This document shows, one piece after another, positions 12,274-63,960 of a DNA stretch of 64,000 nucleotides. Made by a program: the position numbers and the translations under genes. Under the pieces are notes generated by a model. That model made no database searches, had not been told where the DNA came from, and was given only the letters and a program-made list of their open reading frames with translations. The DNA is taken from positions 69,938,001 through 70,002,000 of the forward strand of contig NC_045696.1 of assembly GCF_009834535.1 (NCBI RefSeq), in the 5' to 3' direction. The stretch is from Camelus ferus. Lineage: Eukaryota. The number at the start of each line of letters is the position of its first letter. Position 1 is the first letter of the stretch.

Positions 12274-15200
12274 AGGAATGAAGAACTGTTTTCTTATAAC
12301 CAGTTCTTTTCTAAGTTATTGTGTAAAGTTGGCTTGTTTTCAAGCTGGGCATGCTTTTATGGATTTCAAAGGGGGAAAGATCCACATTTGCTGTTCAGGA
12401 CTGAACCAAACACTGGGTTTCTTCTCTAAAGGAAAGAGGGGAAGGACCTCTTCCCTCTCTCCTTTACTGCTGGCAAGGAGAGGACTGTGTGTGCCCTTCT
12501 GGGTTGGGTCCAGAAGGTCCACTTCATAAATAGACTACTGCCAGCATAAGAGCGCTTTTCCATCCCCAGAATTCCATGCCCTCCTTTTCTGCTGTGCGCT
12601 TCCTGAACAGGAGACTCATAACCAAGAAACCTGTCCTTGACGAAATCTCTATTCAGCGAGGAAACAGTGCCAGCAGATAAATAATTATAAAAAAGAGGGC
12701 ATTGTCATAAAAGTTAAAGTGTCTGTAGTAAGCACTCTGCCTGGAGATGCCCTGGAATTGTCTGCAGGTGTGAGCTGGGTTTTGAAGGGCACGCAGACGT
12801 CCCACCTAGGGGAGAAGGGGACGGACATTCCAGTTGCCCTGTGAAGAAGGCAGAGCGTCCAGATGATAGCAAAGATCTGATCACTCCTGATCTTGAAAGA
12901 CAGCCTCTCAGGACGTTCTCCCAGATGACCTGACTGAGCTCCAGTTGAATGGGTTGTAGAGCAGTGGTTTCTATTTCCCCTTTTCAGTTCTTGGTTCTTT
13001 TTCTTCCTTTCCATCCTGTTCTATGATTAGAGATGTGACACGAACTTTTTAGAGATGATTTCTCCTAGAATCATGCTTAGTGAATGTTCCAGTTACTCAA
13101 CTGGTTACCTCTTGTGCAGTCCTTACACGAGATATTACAGGGAAGCATGATTGTTTCAGACCCATTCACTTAGGATTTGGGATCACTTGGACTGGGAAGA
13201 GTTTGATTATTTATGCACTATGAACAAAGGGGTTTGCCAAATAAATTAATCCCCTGTTAATTCAGATTTCAAGAAGGATACCTAACCTAATTATAGAGAA
13301 AGTGAGGTGTTTGTTTTTTGTTCTGTTTTTTAAAAGCAGGTTCCAGGATACTTAAAAAAAATAAATTCTGCTATTCATGAAAGCATCTCTAGTAGGAGTT
13401 TTAATTGTTAACTTTTTTAAGCAAGCAAGACATGAATACATTCTCATTTTTTAAAAAAGCAAACAAGACAGAAATAGCTAAAACAAAAGATATATGTCCC
13501 TTTTACCAACCAAATATGTTTGTAGCTACCTTTTTTCTATGCATTTCCAACACACTTAATGACATACAGTTTTGTGCTCTTAAAAAATAAGATCAGCTTA
13601 ATCTGTAATTAGCTCTCATTTTATAACATTATGCCTTGGGGAGAGTCCTGTGAACATGGACATATATCTGCTTCATTCTTTTTAACAGCTGTATAATGTT
13701 CCATGTTATGGCTATACTGTGATTTACTTATTCATCTCCCTGTGAATATTTAGATTATTTGCATTCTTTGTTATAACAATGCAACAGTATCTGTTTTTAC
13801 TCAAATATTCGTGTCTATGCACAAGTTTCTTCCAACAGGATTTCTGTCAGTAAATTCTTGGTTAGCAGTTGGAGTCAATGTTTATACTGGAAGATAACAA
13901 AATATTTTTCTTTAGAAATATTCAATTTTCTTGCAAATTATGATGCCTTTTCTATAAATAGTTAGGCTAGTGACATCTTTGTGGAGCATTGCATGTAGCC
14001 ACTGTGTAGGATGGTGTCAGCAGTTTTATTATGAACCCTTGCCAAGGGCAGTGTCAGGAAAGAGCCTTCATATCACAGAAGTAGAAATTAGTTCCTAGTT
14101 CTTTTTTCTCCTTCCTATCCTGACACAAAATGGGAAGTTCTGTAGGATGGCTTGTATAGTCATTTAAACAGCCCTGATAAAGCATGAATGCACTCTCATT
14201 TAAAAATAATAATAAGACAAGACAGAAGTAGTAGGTGGGATCTAGAAGAAAGAGATGGCCCCCCTTTATTCAGTAAAAATGATTTGAGGAAACTGGAGCC
14301 GTTCATTTCCTGTATTGTTTCTTTGTTTCCTCTGTGTACTTCTCTCTGTCTTCTTTTTTTCTCTGCATGAATTGTAACATTTCTTTCAGCGGTTATTAAG
14401 CCCAGATTAAAGCTATGGGGAAGTGTGTGGCTGGGTATAGCCACTATTTGGTGTCTCGAGATGACACAAGAAGGTAAAGAAATGGGGGTACACTTTGACC
14501 ATTACATCCGTTCTCTTATAACCCCAAAGGGGTTATTTATGGGATTTGAATGCCAAGCCTTTCCATTGAAATGACCTCTCTAATATTTAAATGCTGGTTT
14601 ATGTTTTCTTTCCAGGATCTAACATGTTCTCCAAAGAGAAAAATTCTTATCTTCATATTTCTGTTCTGTTTTTTCTGTCTAGTTCTAATGCGTAAGTAAA
14701 AACAAGGAATGATCTAAATCACTCAAAATTTTCAGACCAGCAAGATGTCTTGTAAAAAGAAAAAAAAAAATCTCCCAAATAAAAAGGCAGGAGAAGGCCA
14801 AATATCCATCAGCGGGGAATGGGTTGAGTGCACTTTGGTATATCCAAATAGTGTAAAATAGAAAGAGGATGCGCTCATCCTACCAACACAGAAGGATTTC
14901 CAGGATATTACTGTTGGGTGGAAAAAACAAGATGCAGTGAGTGTGTAGAATAATCAAGTATTTCTGTAAGAAACAGGGAAAAGTAATTTATATTTGTATT
15001 TGCTAGTATTTACATAGAGAAACTGAAGGTTACACAAGTAAGACTTTTCATGGTATACCTTTTTAAAGTGTCCGAATTTTTGAATTAGGACTGTATTACC
15101 TATTCAGAAATAAAAATAAATTTTAAAAGGAAGTTTTACATTGCTCAGTAAGATCTTGTTCAAGCCTGCTGTATACGTGACTCCACCTCTCATGTGTGAG

Positions 15201-15427
15201 CCTGGGCACCTTTTGGGGTAGGGTCAATTGCAAGACTATATATTTTGAGGAGAAAGGGGATAATTCTATAATTAGAACATGTATGGCAGTTGAAATTCTA
15301 ACTACTTTGGTAGCAAGATGAAAAGGCAAATTTTGCATCTAAACTGTTTCTTTAGCTTATTCAGACTTCTTGGATTTCTTCTTTATTTTTTTTCCCCAAA
15401 GCAATTGAAAACCATTAAAAAAAATGC

Positions 15428-15735
15428 TTTTTTCTTCTTTTAATTTTTTTATTGAAGTATAGTTGATTTACATCATTGCATTAGTTTAAGGTGTACAACA
15501 TAGTGATTCAGTTTTTGTTTTGGTTTTTGGGTTTTTTTGCAAATTATGTTCCATGATAGTTTATTATAAGATATTGGGTATAATTCCCTGTGCTGTATAA
15601 TAGGGCATTATAAAATGGTAAAAGGATCAATGCAAGAAGAAGATACTACACTTGTTATTAACATATACTCACCCAATATAGGGGCACCTAAAATACATAA
15701 AGCAAATACTAACAGACATAAGGGAGAAATTGATG
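15428..15735 (-). mobile_element. 5'-inverted L1: 3'UTR/poly(A) on the minus strand (15428-15602) joined to an ORF2 endonuclease fragment on the plus strand (15603-15735)
   Basis: ttttattgaagtatagttgattta...ttccctgtgctgta is an antisense L1 3' end. gggcattataaaatggtaaaaggatcaatgcaagaagaagat...cccaatataggggcacct is sense EN coding sequence (GHYKMVKGSMQEED). Confidence 0.8.
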
Positions 15736-15873
15736 ATTGGCTTAAAACAAGATGTTCTTGTTTCACAGTTTAAATCCCTTGCTGATGCCTTGGTGAACAT
15801 AGTGAGGAACTGAGCTCAAACTGTAGTCTTAAGCCTGTTTGTTGTGTCCTGGAGAGAGTGTTATAGTCTGTGC

Positions 15874-15904
<31 letters not shown>

Positions 15905-15906
15905 AG

Positions 15907-55603
<39,697 letters not shown>

Positions 55604-55632
55604 GGCTCCCACAGGCACCAGCAAACAACGGA

Positions 55633-55640
55633 TGAATGTA
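55633..55640 (+). promoter_or_regulatory. miR-181 8mer site TGAATGTA (a second 7mer-A1, GAATGTA, lies at 56694-56700)
   Basis: Exact complement of the miR-181 seed ACAUUCA, 30 nt after the stop. Confidence 0.55.
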
Positions 55641-55966
55641 GCCCTTCCAACACCTGACAGAATGAGACCAAACACAGCCAGCCAGATCGGGAGCAAACCA
55701 AAGACCATCCTGAGGAACGTGAAGTCTGTGGAGGCCCTGAGAACCCGGGGCCGGGGGGCGGCGGGAGGGCGGGCGGCCCCAGCCAGCCCCCCACCGCCCC
55801 GGGGCCTCTGCAGGCTTTCCCGCCGCCCACCTCACCCTCCACCCGGATCTCTCCCTCACGCCCACCACGCTATCCCTTTTAGTTGAACTAACATAGGTGA
55901 ACGTGTTCAAAGCAAAGCAAAATTCACGCCCTTTTCTTTTTGTGGAAAATTGTCTCTGTACATGTA

Positions 55967-55974
55967 TGTACATA
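55967..55974 (+). promoter_or_regulatory. Pumilio response element TGTACATA
   Basis: Matches the UGUAHAUA consensus in an AU-rich UTR context. Confidence 0.5.
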
Positions 55975-56863
55975 TTAGAAGGGGAAAGATGTTAAGATAT
56001 GTGGCCTGTGGGCTCCACAGGGTGCCTGCAGCGTTAATATATTTTAGAAATAATATATCAAATAACTCAACTAACTCCAATCTTTAATCAATTATTAATT
56101 CTTCTTTCTTTTTAAAGAGAAAGCAGGCTTTTCTAGACTTTAAAGTCATTCTTTGGGAGGTCTAATGGTTTAGTAAGGAGCTTCAAGGCCACCCACACAA
56201 AATTCACCTGGAGGGAAATCTCATCGAAGGACACTCATGGCAGTTCTGGATCACCTGTGTACGTCAACAGAAGGGATACCGTCTCTCTGAAGAGGAAACT
56301 CTGTCTCTCTTCATCCCTGTCTAGCTCACACATCCATTTCTCTTTGCTTCACAGGTTTTAAACTGGTTTTTGCATACTGCTATATAATTCTCTGTCTCTG
56401 TTTATCTCTCCCCCACCTCCCTCCCTCCCCATCTTCTCCATCCCCTGTTCTTTTTAATTCCCTCATCCCTCTGTCTCAATTCCCGTATCTACGCACCCCC
56501 CAGGCAAAGCAGTGCTCTGAGTATCACATCACACAAAAGGAACAAAAGCGAAACACACAAACCAGCCTCAACTTACACTTGGTTACTCAAAAGAACAAGA
56601 GTCAATGGTACTTGTCCTAGCATTTTGGAAGAGGAAAACAGGAACCCATCAAACCAACCAACCAACCAAACAAAGAAATATTCCACAAAGAAAGAATGTA
56701 TTTTGTCTTTTTACATTTTGGTGTATAAGCCATCAATATTCAGTGAAATGATTTCTTTCTTTTAAAAAAAAATATGGAGGAAAATAGCAATTTACACGAG
56801 GTCGTTGGCCCAGGGCGTTAAATTTACAGATTTTTTTAACGAGAAAAAAACACACAAAAAAAG

Positions 56864-56887
56864 CTACCTCAGGTGTTTTTTACCTCA
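56864..56887 (+). promoter_or_regulatory. Tandem let-7 target sites: 8mer CTACCTCA at 56864-56871 and 7mer-A1 TACCTCA at 56881-56887
   Basis: Exact seed complements; IGF2BP family mRNAs are established let-7 targets. Confidence 0.85.
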
Positions 56888-56956
56888 GCACCTTGCTCTT
56901 GTGTTTCCCTTAGAGATTTTGTAAAACTGATAGTTGGAGCATTTTTTTATTTTTTT

Positions 56957-56962
56957 AATAAA
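56957..56962 (+). terminator. Canonical polyadenylation signal AATAAA
   Basis: tttttttAATAAAaatgag with a U-rich upstream element; the only AATAAA I found between the stop codon and about 60 kb. Confidence 0.65.
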
Positions 56963-57510
56963 AATGAGTTGGAAAAAAAATAAGATATCAACTGCCAGCC
57001 TGGAGAAGGTGACAGTCCAAGTGTGCAACAGCTGTTCTGACTTGTCTTCCGCTAGCCAAGAACCTATATGGCCTTCTTTTGGACAAACCTTGAAAATGTT
57101 TTTTAAAAAAAAAAGATGACAAAGAAAAACAGAGAGAGAGAATATTGGAGATGTCCTGAATTTCAATAGGGTACGCGCCATTAGGGCTTTTTGCGCTAAA
57201 GGATGAACATGTACTGGTTTATGTGAACAAGCCATTTTACCACCAGACTGCAATGCCAGTTTCCTCTACTGCAAACAGTGTTCTGTGACAAAAACAAAAA
57301 CAAAACAAAACAAAAAAGAAATATATCCAGCTAACAAGATCCTGGTGTCTTGGTCTCTTATTTTACTAAGCATCGCCCACCCCAAAGCATCAGCTGAGTT
57401 CCACCTTTGAGGGGGCCTCGGGAACCAGGCAATGTGTACCGTCAGGACTGGGAAGCTACCCTGAGGAGGCTGGTTCCTCCGGACAGGTCTTGGGAGAAGC
57501 TACACTAGGT

Positions 57511-57681
57511 CAGTGGCACTCAGACTGTGGTCCTCATACCAGCAGCATCAGTGTCAGATGGGAACTTGTCAGACATGCAGATTCTCAGGGTCCACCTGAG
57601 TCAGAAACTCTGAGAGTGGGGCCCAGCAGTCTGTTCCAGTGAGCCCTCTGGGTGGGTCCTGTATGTGCTGGAGAACCACAG
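57511..57681. mobile_element. MER5A hAT-Charlie MITE
   Basis: ccagcagcatcagtgtcagatgggaacttgtcagacatgcagattctcaggg...ggggcccagcagtctg...gagaaccac. Confidence 0.75.
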
Positions 57682-60600
57682 AACTAGAGGGGTGGATACT
57701 GACTGCATAGTAACCAGGTGAGACCGGCCCTTATCTTTAAGAAACGTTAAGCCTGGTCAGGAAAAGGGCTTATTTCTATGTGGGGAGAGGGAGAGGATAA
57801 CATGCCTGACAATTTAAGTGAAGAAGTACTTCACCCCTCCCCAGAAGCCCAATTCTAAGTATTCCAGGAGATCAGAGAAGGACAGGGTGGACCTCGGACT
57901 GACGGGGGGGTGGGCCGGGGGTGGGGTGCAGGGGTGCTTGTACTTGGCACTCCCACCGATGCGACATGATAAGGTTGCACAAGGATGGTCCCGCTCCACT
58001 TAGAAGCCCCTTTGCAAGTCAGGTGAACAGAGAAATGCCACACCTTTAAATGAAGGGCTTTAAATACAGGCCAAAGGGCTTGGTAATGAATCTTAAGTCA
58101 GGATGGGAGAGAGGAGACACAGGAACCTCCAAAAAGGCACTCTCTTGGCTCCGCTGCTCAGATTTCATGCCTTGGCCTTTATCCTAGATGGCAGAATTTG
58201 AGGTTTAATTCTAGCTCCTAAACTGCCCATTTCCAAAATACTTGTTGCTGAACATGTGAAAGACAGGAAAGGAAGCGCTAAGACGACGCCTGCCTTGCCC
58301 TCGTACGGAGGCCCCAGAAACTGTCCTAGCATTGCAAAAAACAAAGGGGGTGCACGTGAAGAGACAGGAGACAGGAGGCAGACCAGCTGGCCTTGCTCCT
58401 AGGCGAAGATGTTCTCCCCACAACCCATTTTTCTGAGAACCCAAGTGCTGGATTATTTAGCACTTGGACTTGGCTCTCCTGAACATCCCAAGGGCAGCAC
58501 AAGCATGAGACCATCCCTTCACAGGACGAAATCCTGTCGCATCTCACTGTAAACAAGAACAGCCTTGTGTGTGTGCACTGGGCTCTGATGGGTTACTCAC
58601 CGCATGCGGGCCCAGACTTACAAACTTTAAATTCATTTTTTTTTTGCCGTAAATCCCAGACATTTCCTGTCTTGACAAGACATCCTGACATCACAAAAAG
58701 TCCTAATTGAACTTAATTTTACACAAAATAAAAGGACAGTTGAAGTCTAATGGAAGTCCCTGGCCTGCTACCACTCATGTCTGACAACACCGCTAGAAAA
58801 TACCCCTGATGCGTGCTGACAGTTGTTACCACCACCTTTTATTTCATCTCTCCGTTCCCCTTAAGGTGCTGGTGAATTAAAATTTAAGACTTACCCATAC
58901 GCAGGTTGATTTTCTATTCTAGCTCACAGCAGCCACATAGAGTCACTGTCTTTCTAGAAACCACGAGTGCTCTTACTAGCTCCTGCTCTCCCAGAAACAG
59001 CCAGCATGAGGAGAAGCCTCATGGAACAAAACTAGATTCTCACCTGACCTTGAAGCTCCCTGTATTCTCTTGTAAAAGCAGTGATTCGGTCACAGATAGA
59101 AGATACTTGGTTTGTTCCCATGTTAGGATCTAATCTGATCTCTCAAATGTGGCTGACAGTAACAGTGAAGAATATTCCCATTTACCTCCATTAACTTCTA
59201 GTGACCAGGGCAAACTCTGAATGAAGAACCAAACTGAATCTGATCCCGGCCTCAACTTATCTGTAATTTCAACAATTTCCAATATTCACTGACTTCTATG
59301 ACTCCTGAATGTCCCCAATTCTCCCAAAGCTACAAAATTACTTCCAGTCACCCTCCGAACCTGGCAAAACCTAGTCTCAATCCTAGATTCACTGACTAGC
59401 AGGATTGGGAAAGGACCTTTGAGGTCGTTTGGTCCACTTTCTAATCTGGAAAAATGTCCTCCAGAATCCCTCCAGCAGCTGGCAAGGGAAACGGCGGCTT
59501 TAAGATGGGCAGTTCTGTCCACGTGCAGCCCAGTCTCAGGTCCGCCTTCCACCCATCTGAAATCCACTCTCCCTACAACCCCCCACACAGCGGCTGCTAC
59601 ACCTGACTTAGGACAACTCTCCTAATGTTTGCCAACAACTCTCCTGATGTCCTGTCCTCCCTTCTCAGTTCCTCCAGTCATCCCTCATCTCTGGGACTTG
59701 CTTTCTCTCAGCTCTCAAACACCATATTGTGAAGGAATACTACCCCCGGCTCCAACATCCTACAGCTTCCAAAGCCACAGTAGTGGATAGTGTGCATGAG
59801 AGGCCTTGCTCAAGGGACAGAGCCACAGGCGGTGATGGGGGCTTCCCAGGGGCGGGGGAGCACGCCATGACCCTAGGGCAGGCCTGAAGGCAGGGACGGG
59901 CACCCTGTACCAGATCTCTAGGGAGTCTCGCTTTATCATCAGGAAGATAAGAGAAAGCCCAGGCCCAGAAGTTTTGTCCCTGCTTGCCTGTACTCTAGCG
60001 ATACAACTTTGTACACATCACAGCCTCTCCTCATCTGTAAAATAAAAAGTTTGAACACAACGGTCAGTCTTTGATTCTAACTGATGTATAACAAGGGACT
60101 TCTAAGTCAAAAATGGATTCTGGTTATTTAGCAGCCTTCAGTGTTCCTTCTTAGAATTTCCCATTAAACATCAAAAAAGAAAAAAAAAAACTTAAGTGCA
60201 CCAAAAACAGACTGAAAAATCCAACCAAACAAAAACAACCCAACACTAAAAAGCAAGGGAGATGGACAATAATTACAAGCTACACAGAAATGGAATGGGA
60301 AACCTCCAGTGCAGGGCTTGGTCTAGTTTCATGCAACTACTTTTTAAAAAGATAGGAACATGCATACTTGCCATCTCCAAGGTGTACCCAGCACTTGCCC
60401 TTCCCACTGGATGGAATGCAGATGTGGAGCTAGGAGCCGTGGTGGAGCTGGAATGGCCATCTTAAAACACAAAATGGAAGCCAAGTGTTAAGGAAGATTC
60501 CTGTCACTGGGACACTGCTACCTCAGCGCTGGACTGACTTCTTAGGTTCAAATTGGCACCTGAGAGAGAACATTCTATCTTCTATAAGCCGTTGTTAATA

Positions 60601-62064
60601 TGGCCTTTGTTACATCACAACAAACTAGTATCTTCCTACAAACAAGTGAAAATAGAGATTCAGATCTAGATAGATTCTGGCATATTTTGAGGGTAGAACT
60701 AAAATTCTAATAGGATACAGACATCAAAAAAAAGTTACTGACAAAACCAAAAAAAGCAGAAATAAAGCTAGTTTCAGATATCTCTGTTCCAATACTAAAA
60801 GTCAGAAAGCCAGTTTTGAAGAGAAAAAGAGCCGTGTCTTAAGAACTTTTACACCCAGCCAAGTTCTCTTTCATGTGTGAAAACTCCAGTAACATTCCTA
60901 TTTGCAAGGATTCAGATAAGAGTATTCCTATGTCCTTCTTGTAAATAAGTAAATGAAAATGTTTCCAATTAATTAAAAATGAAGCCAAATGAAACTCATG
61001 TTTTAAAAAAAAATTGTGTGACCAATGAAGCCAGTTAAACTAGAAGTACTTAAGTTGTTGCAAATATAAATTTAGAGCTGAATGAAGCTGAATGTAAATA
61101 TCAAAAAAATAGCCTTGGAGAGGAAGCAAAATATAGTAATCATAATAATACAGTTCCAAAATACATATTATGTTAACAGACCAAAAATGTGCAAAAGGTA
61201 TATGGTGATACAGTATGTCTGTGGGGGGAATGGAAGTGTCATAAATAGGACAAAAATTGGTAACTGTGATACTGTGCTAGTTGCCGAAAAAAAAATCCAT
61301 GGTCTCCTCCTAGGCACCCAACCAGGTCTCCTGGTCTACTGTGCAGTATGTGTGGACATGAGACAGTTCCAGCCAAAGGTACGTGAGCAGAAATGACCTG
61401 GGCCACTCTGAAGCCTGGCGCGTTACCTGCTCTGTGTTCTCTGAGGGTGGCTGGACATTAAGGACTGCAGTGCTGTAGGGCAGGGGTTGACAATCCTGTT
61501 CCGTATATAGTCAAAGAGTAAGTATTTTAAGGCTTGCAGTTAAGACTGTGAGGTGATATAAAATGTGGAGGAAAATTTGGCAAATAGCATATGCTAGATA
61601 TTTGACCCAGCAATTCTACTTCTGGGAATCTATCCCAAATATATGTTAGCAAAAATAGGGAGTGACATCAACAAGGCACATGCATCGCAGCATACTTTAT
61701 AACAGAAAAAGATTGACGGCCTAAACATCCACTGTGAGGGGACTGGTAATGAACCACAGCACCCTGAAACAATGGGTTATTAAGCTGTAAAAAGAAGAAT
61801 GAGGAGTGACATCCAGAATAAATTTTTTTTTAAAAATCAAGAAGCATAAGTCATTTTAATACACCATCTTTAGTGTTAAAAAAGAAATATGAATATATAT
61901 TTGTCTAGCTATACTTTCAAAAAGGGGAAGGTTAGAAGCTAATAAAAAGTTATCTACACAGGGAAAGAGAAAAGCAAGACTGTGAATGTACCTTATGCCA
62001 TAGTTTTACTCTTGGACTAATGTTTATGTTTTACATAATTTAAAAACATAAGCAAAAAGCAAAT

Positions 62065-62170
62065 TCAGGGGGTCACGGGGTAGGATATAGCTAGTCGTAG
62101 AGCACATGATTAGCATGCATGAGGTCCTGAGTTCAATCCCCAGTACCTACAGTTTTAAAAAAATTTTTTA
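62065..62170 (+). mobile_element. tRNA-Ala-derived SINE (diverged)
   Basis: tagcatgcatgaggtcctgagttcaatccccagtacct; TSD aaaaagcaaat at 62054-62064 and 62171-62181. Confidence 0.85.
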
Positions 62171-62321
62171 AAAAAGCAAATCTGTGAACACCAAAAACAA
62201 ATAACTGTATCAAGTTGATGGCAATAATCAGAGAAAACAATTACTTGAAGTAATTTAAAAAATCAGTGATTTTCACTGTGAATCTCTGGTGGAATATATA
62301 TACGCACACAGACACACATAC

Positions 62322-62732
62322 ACTGCCTATAAGACTCACTTCAGATCTAGACACGAACAGACTGAAAATGAGGGGGATGAAAAAAAGTTATTCCGTGCAA
62401 ATGGAAATCAAAAGAAAGCCAGGGTAGCAATACTTGTAACAGATAAAATAGACTTTAAAACAAAGACTTTAACAATAGACAAGAAGAAAACTACATAATG
62501 ATCAAGAGATCAGTCCAAGAAGATATAACAATTATATATGCACCCAACAAAGGAGCACATAAATACATAAAGCAAATATTAACAGACATAAAGGGAGAAA
62601 CTGACAATAACAAAATAACAGTAGGGGACTTTCTATATGTTCATAGCAGTGCTATTTACAATAGCTAAGACATGGAAGCAACCTAAGTGTCCATCAACAG
62701 ATGAATGGATAAAGAAGATATGATATATACAT

Positions 62733-62769
<37 letters not shown>

Positions 62770-63190
62770 ATACTACTCAGTCATAAAGAATGAAATTTTG
62801 CCATTTGCAACAACATAGATGGACCTGGAGGGTATTATGCTTAGTGAAATAAGTCAGAGAAAGATACTGTATGTTATCACTCATATGTGGAATCTCAAAA
62901 ATAAAACAAACAAACGTAACAAAACAGACAGACTCACAGATACAGAGAACAAACTAGTAATTACCAATGGGGAGAGAAAAGGGGAGAAGGGCAAGATACG
63001 AGTAGGGGGTTAAGAGGTACAAACTCCTATTATAAAATAAATAAGCTACAAAGGTAAGTACAGCACAGCAAATACAGCCAAAATCTTATTAACAACTTTA
63101 AATGGAGTATAATCTATAAAATTTTTGAATCACTGTTACATACTTGAAGCTAATATAATATTGTAAATCAACTATTTTAATAAATAAATT
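62322..63190 (+). mobile_element. L1 with most of ORF2 deleted: EN fragment fused to the ORF2 C-terminus and 3'UTR
   Basis: ORF 62289..62498 (ANGNQKKARVAILVTDKIDFKTK) is EN-like; ORF 62819.. (MDLEGIMLSEISQRK) is C-terminal; junction near 62632-62637. Confidence 0.85.
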
Positions 63191-63736
63191 TTTTAAATTT
63201 CATTTTTTCCTATATGAAGTTCATTTCAGGGTGACCAAATTAGTTGATAAGTTTTTCTTTTATAGACGAATTCAAGGTAATTAACATAGAAAGAATGATA
63301 GAATGAGAAAATCATCATTTTGTACCTCTAACTGAAATAATGGATCATCAATTAAATTTAAAACCAAGAGGAGAAAGATGAATAGGGACTCATAGCCTGA
63401 ACCACAGATCAATCTAAGGACCAGTAAGTGGAACAAGCAGACATTGTGTGTGACAAGATGCAACACAACAGGACCACTAATGAAGTATCCTTGCCTCATA
63501 AATTCAACCTGAATCTGATCAAGCTTCTAGATCAAGCTTATAGTTTACATGAAATACAAGGGACGGAGGAAGTGGTTAAGCACCACCAAGGAGCTATAAG
63601 CTACATCTAAAAGTGTGATTTTCCACAGGAATACCGAGTTTCTCTAATAACTAACAGTACAAGGAGGGAGACTGCTGTTGAATAAAAGAAACTCAAGAGA
63701 TATAACCAAAGGCAATGTGTACATTTTACTGGATCC

Positions 63737-63960
63737 TGTATTAGTCTCCTGCAACTGCTGTAAGTACCACAAATTTGATGGATTTAAACAGAAATTTATT
63801 CTCTCACAGTTATGGAGCCAGAAGTCCAAAATCAAGACGTCAGCAGGGCCATGTTCGCTCTGAAGGCTCTTCCAGCTTTGGTGGCTCCAGGCCTCCCCAG
63901 GCTTGTGGTAGCATCACTCCAGTCGGTCTCTGCTTCTGTAGTCTCACTGCCTCTTCTTTT
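63737..63960 (-). mobile_element. MLT1-type (ERVL-MaLR) LTR fragment
   Basis: aacagaaatttattctctcacagttatggagccagaagtccaaaatcaag...cagcagggccatg. Confidence 0.75.

Larger units (their letters stand above)
55604..57340 (+). other. IGF2BP2: IGF2BP2 3'UTR; the 3' end is uncertain (about 56980 if the AATAAA at 56957 is used, possibly extending to about 57340)
   Basis: Sequence after the stop with no recognisable interspersed repeat, containing miRNA seed matches, CA-rich tracts and a poly(A) signal; repeats resume near 57510. Confidence 0.8.

Noticed and set aside
1..15906. IGF2BP2 exons 1-2, an antisense lncRNA, or the human diabetes risk SNP positions
   Set aside because: I did not see RRM1 coding sequence (MMNKLYIGNL...), and lncRNA or SNP orthology cannot be established without an alignment.
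57289..57320. A-rich (CAAAA)n tract as the mRNA 3' end
   Set aside because: No AATAAA or ATTAAA precedes it, and genomic A-runs cause oligo-dT mispriming, so it cannot be called from sequence alone.
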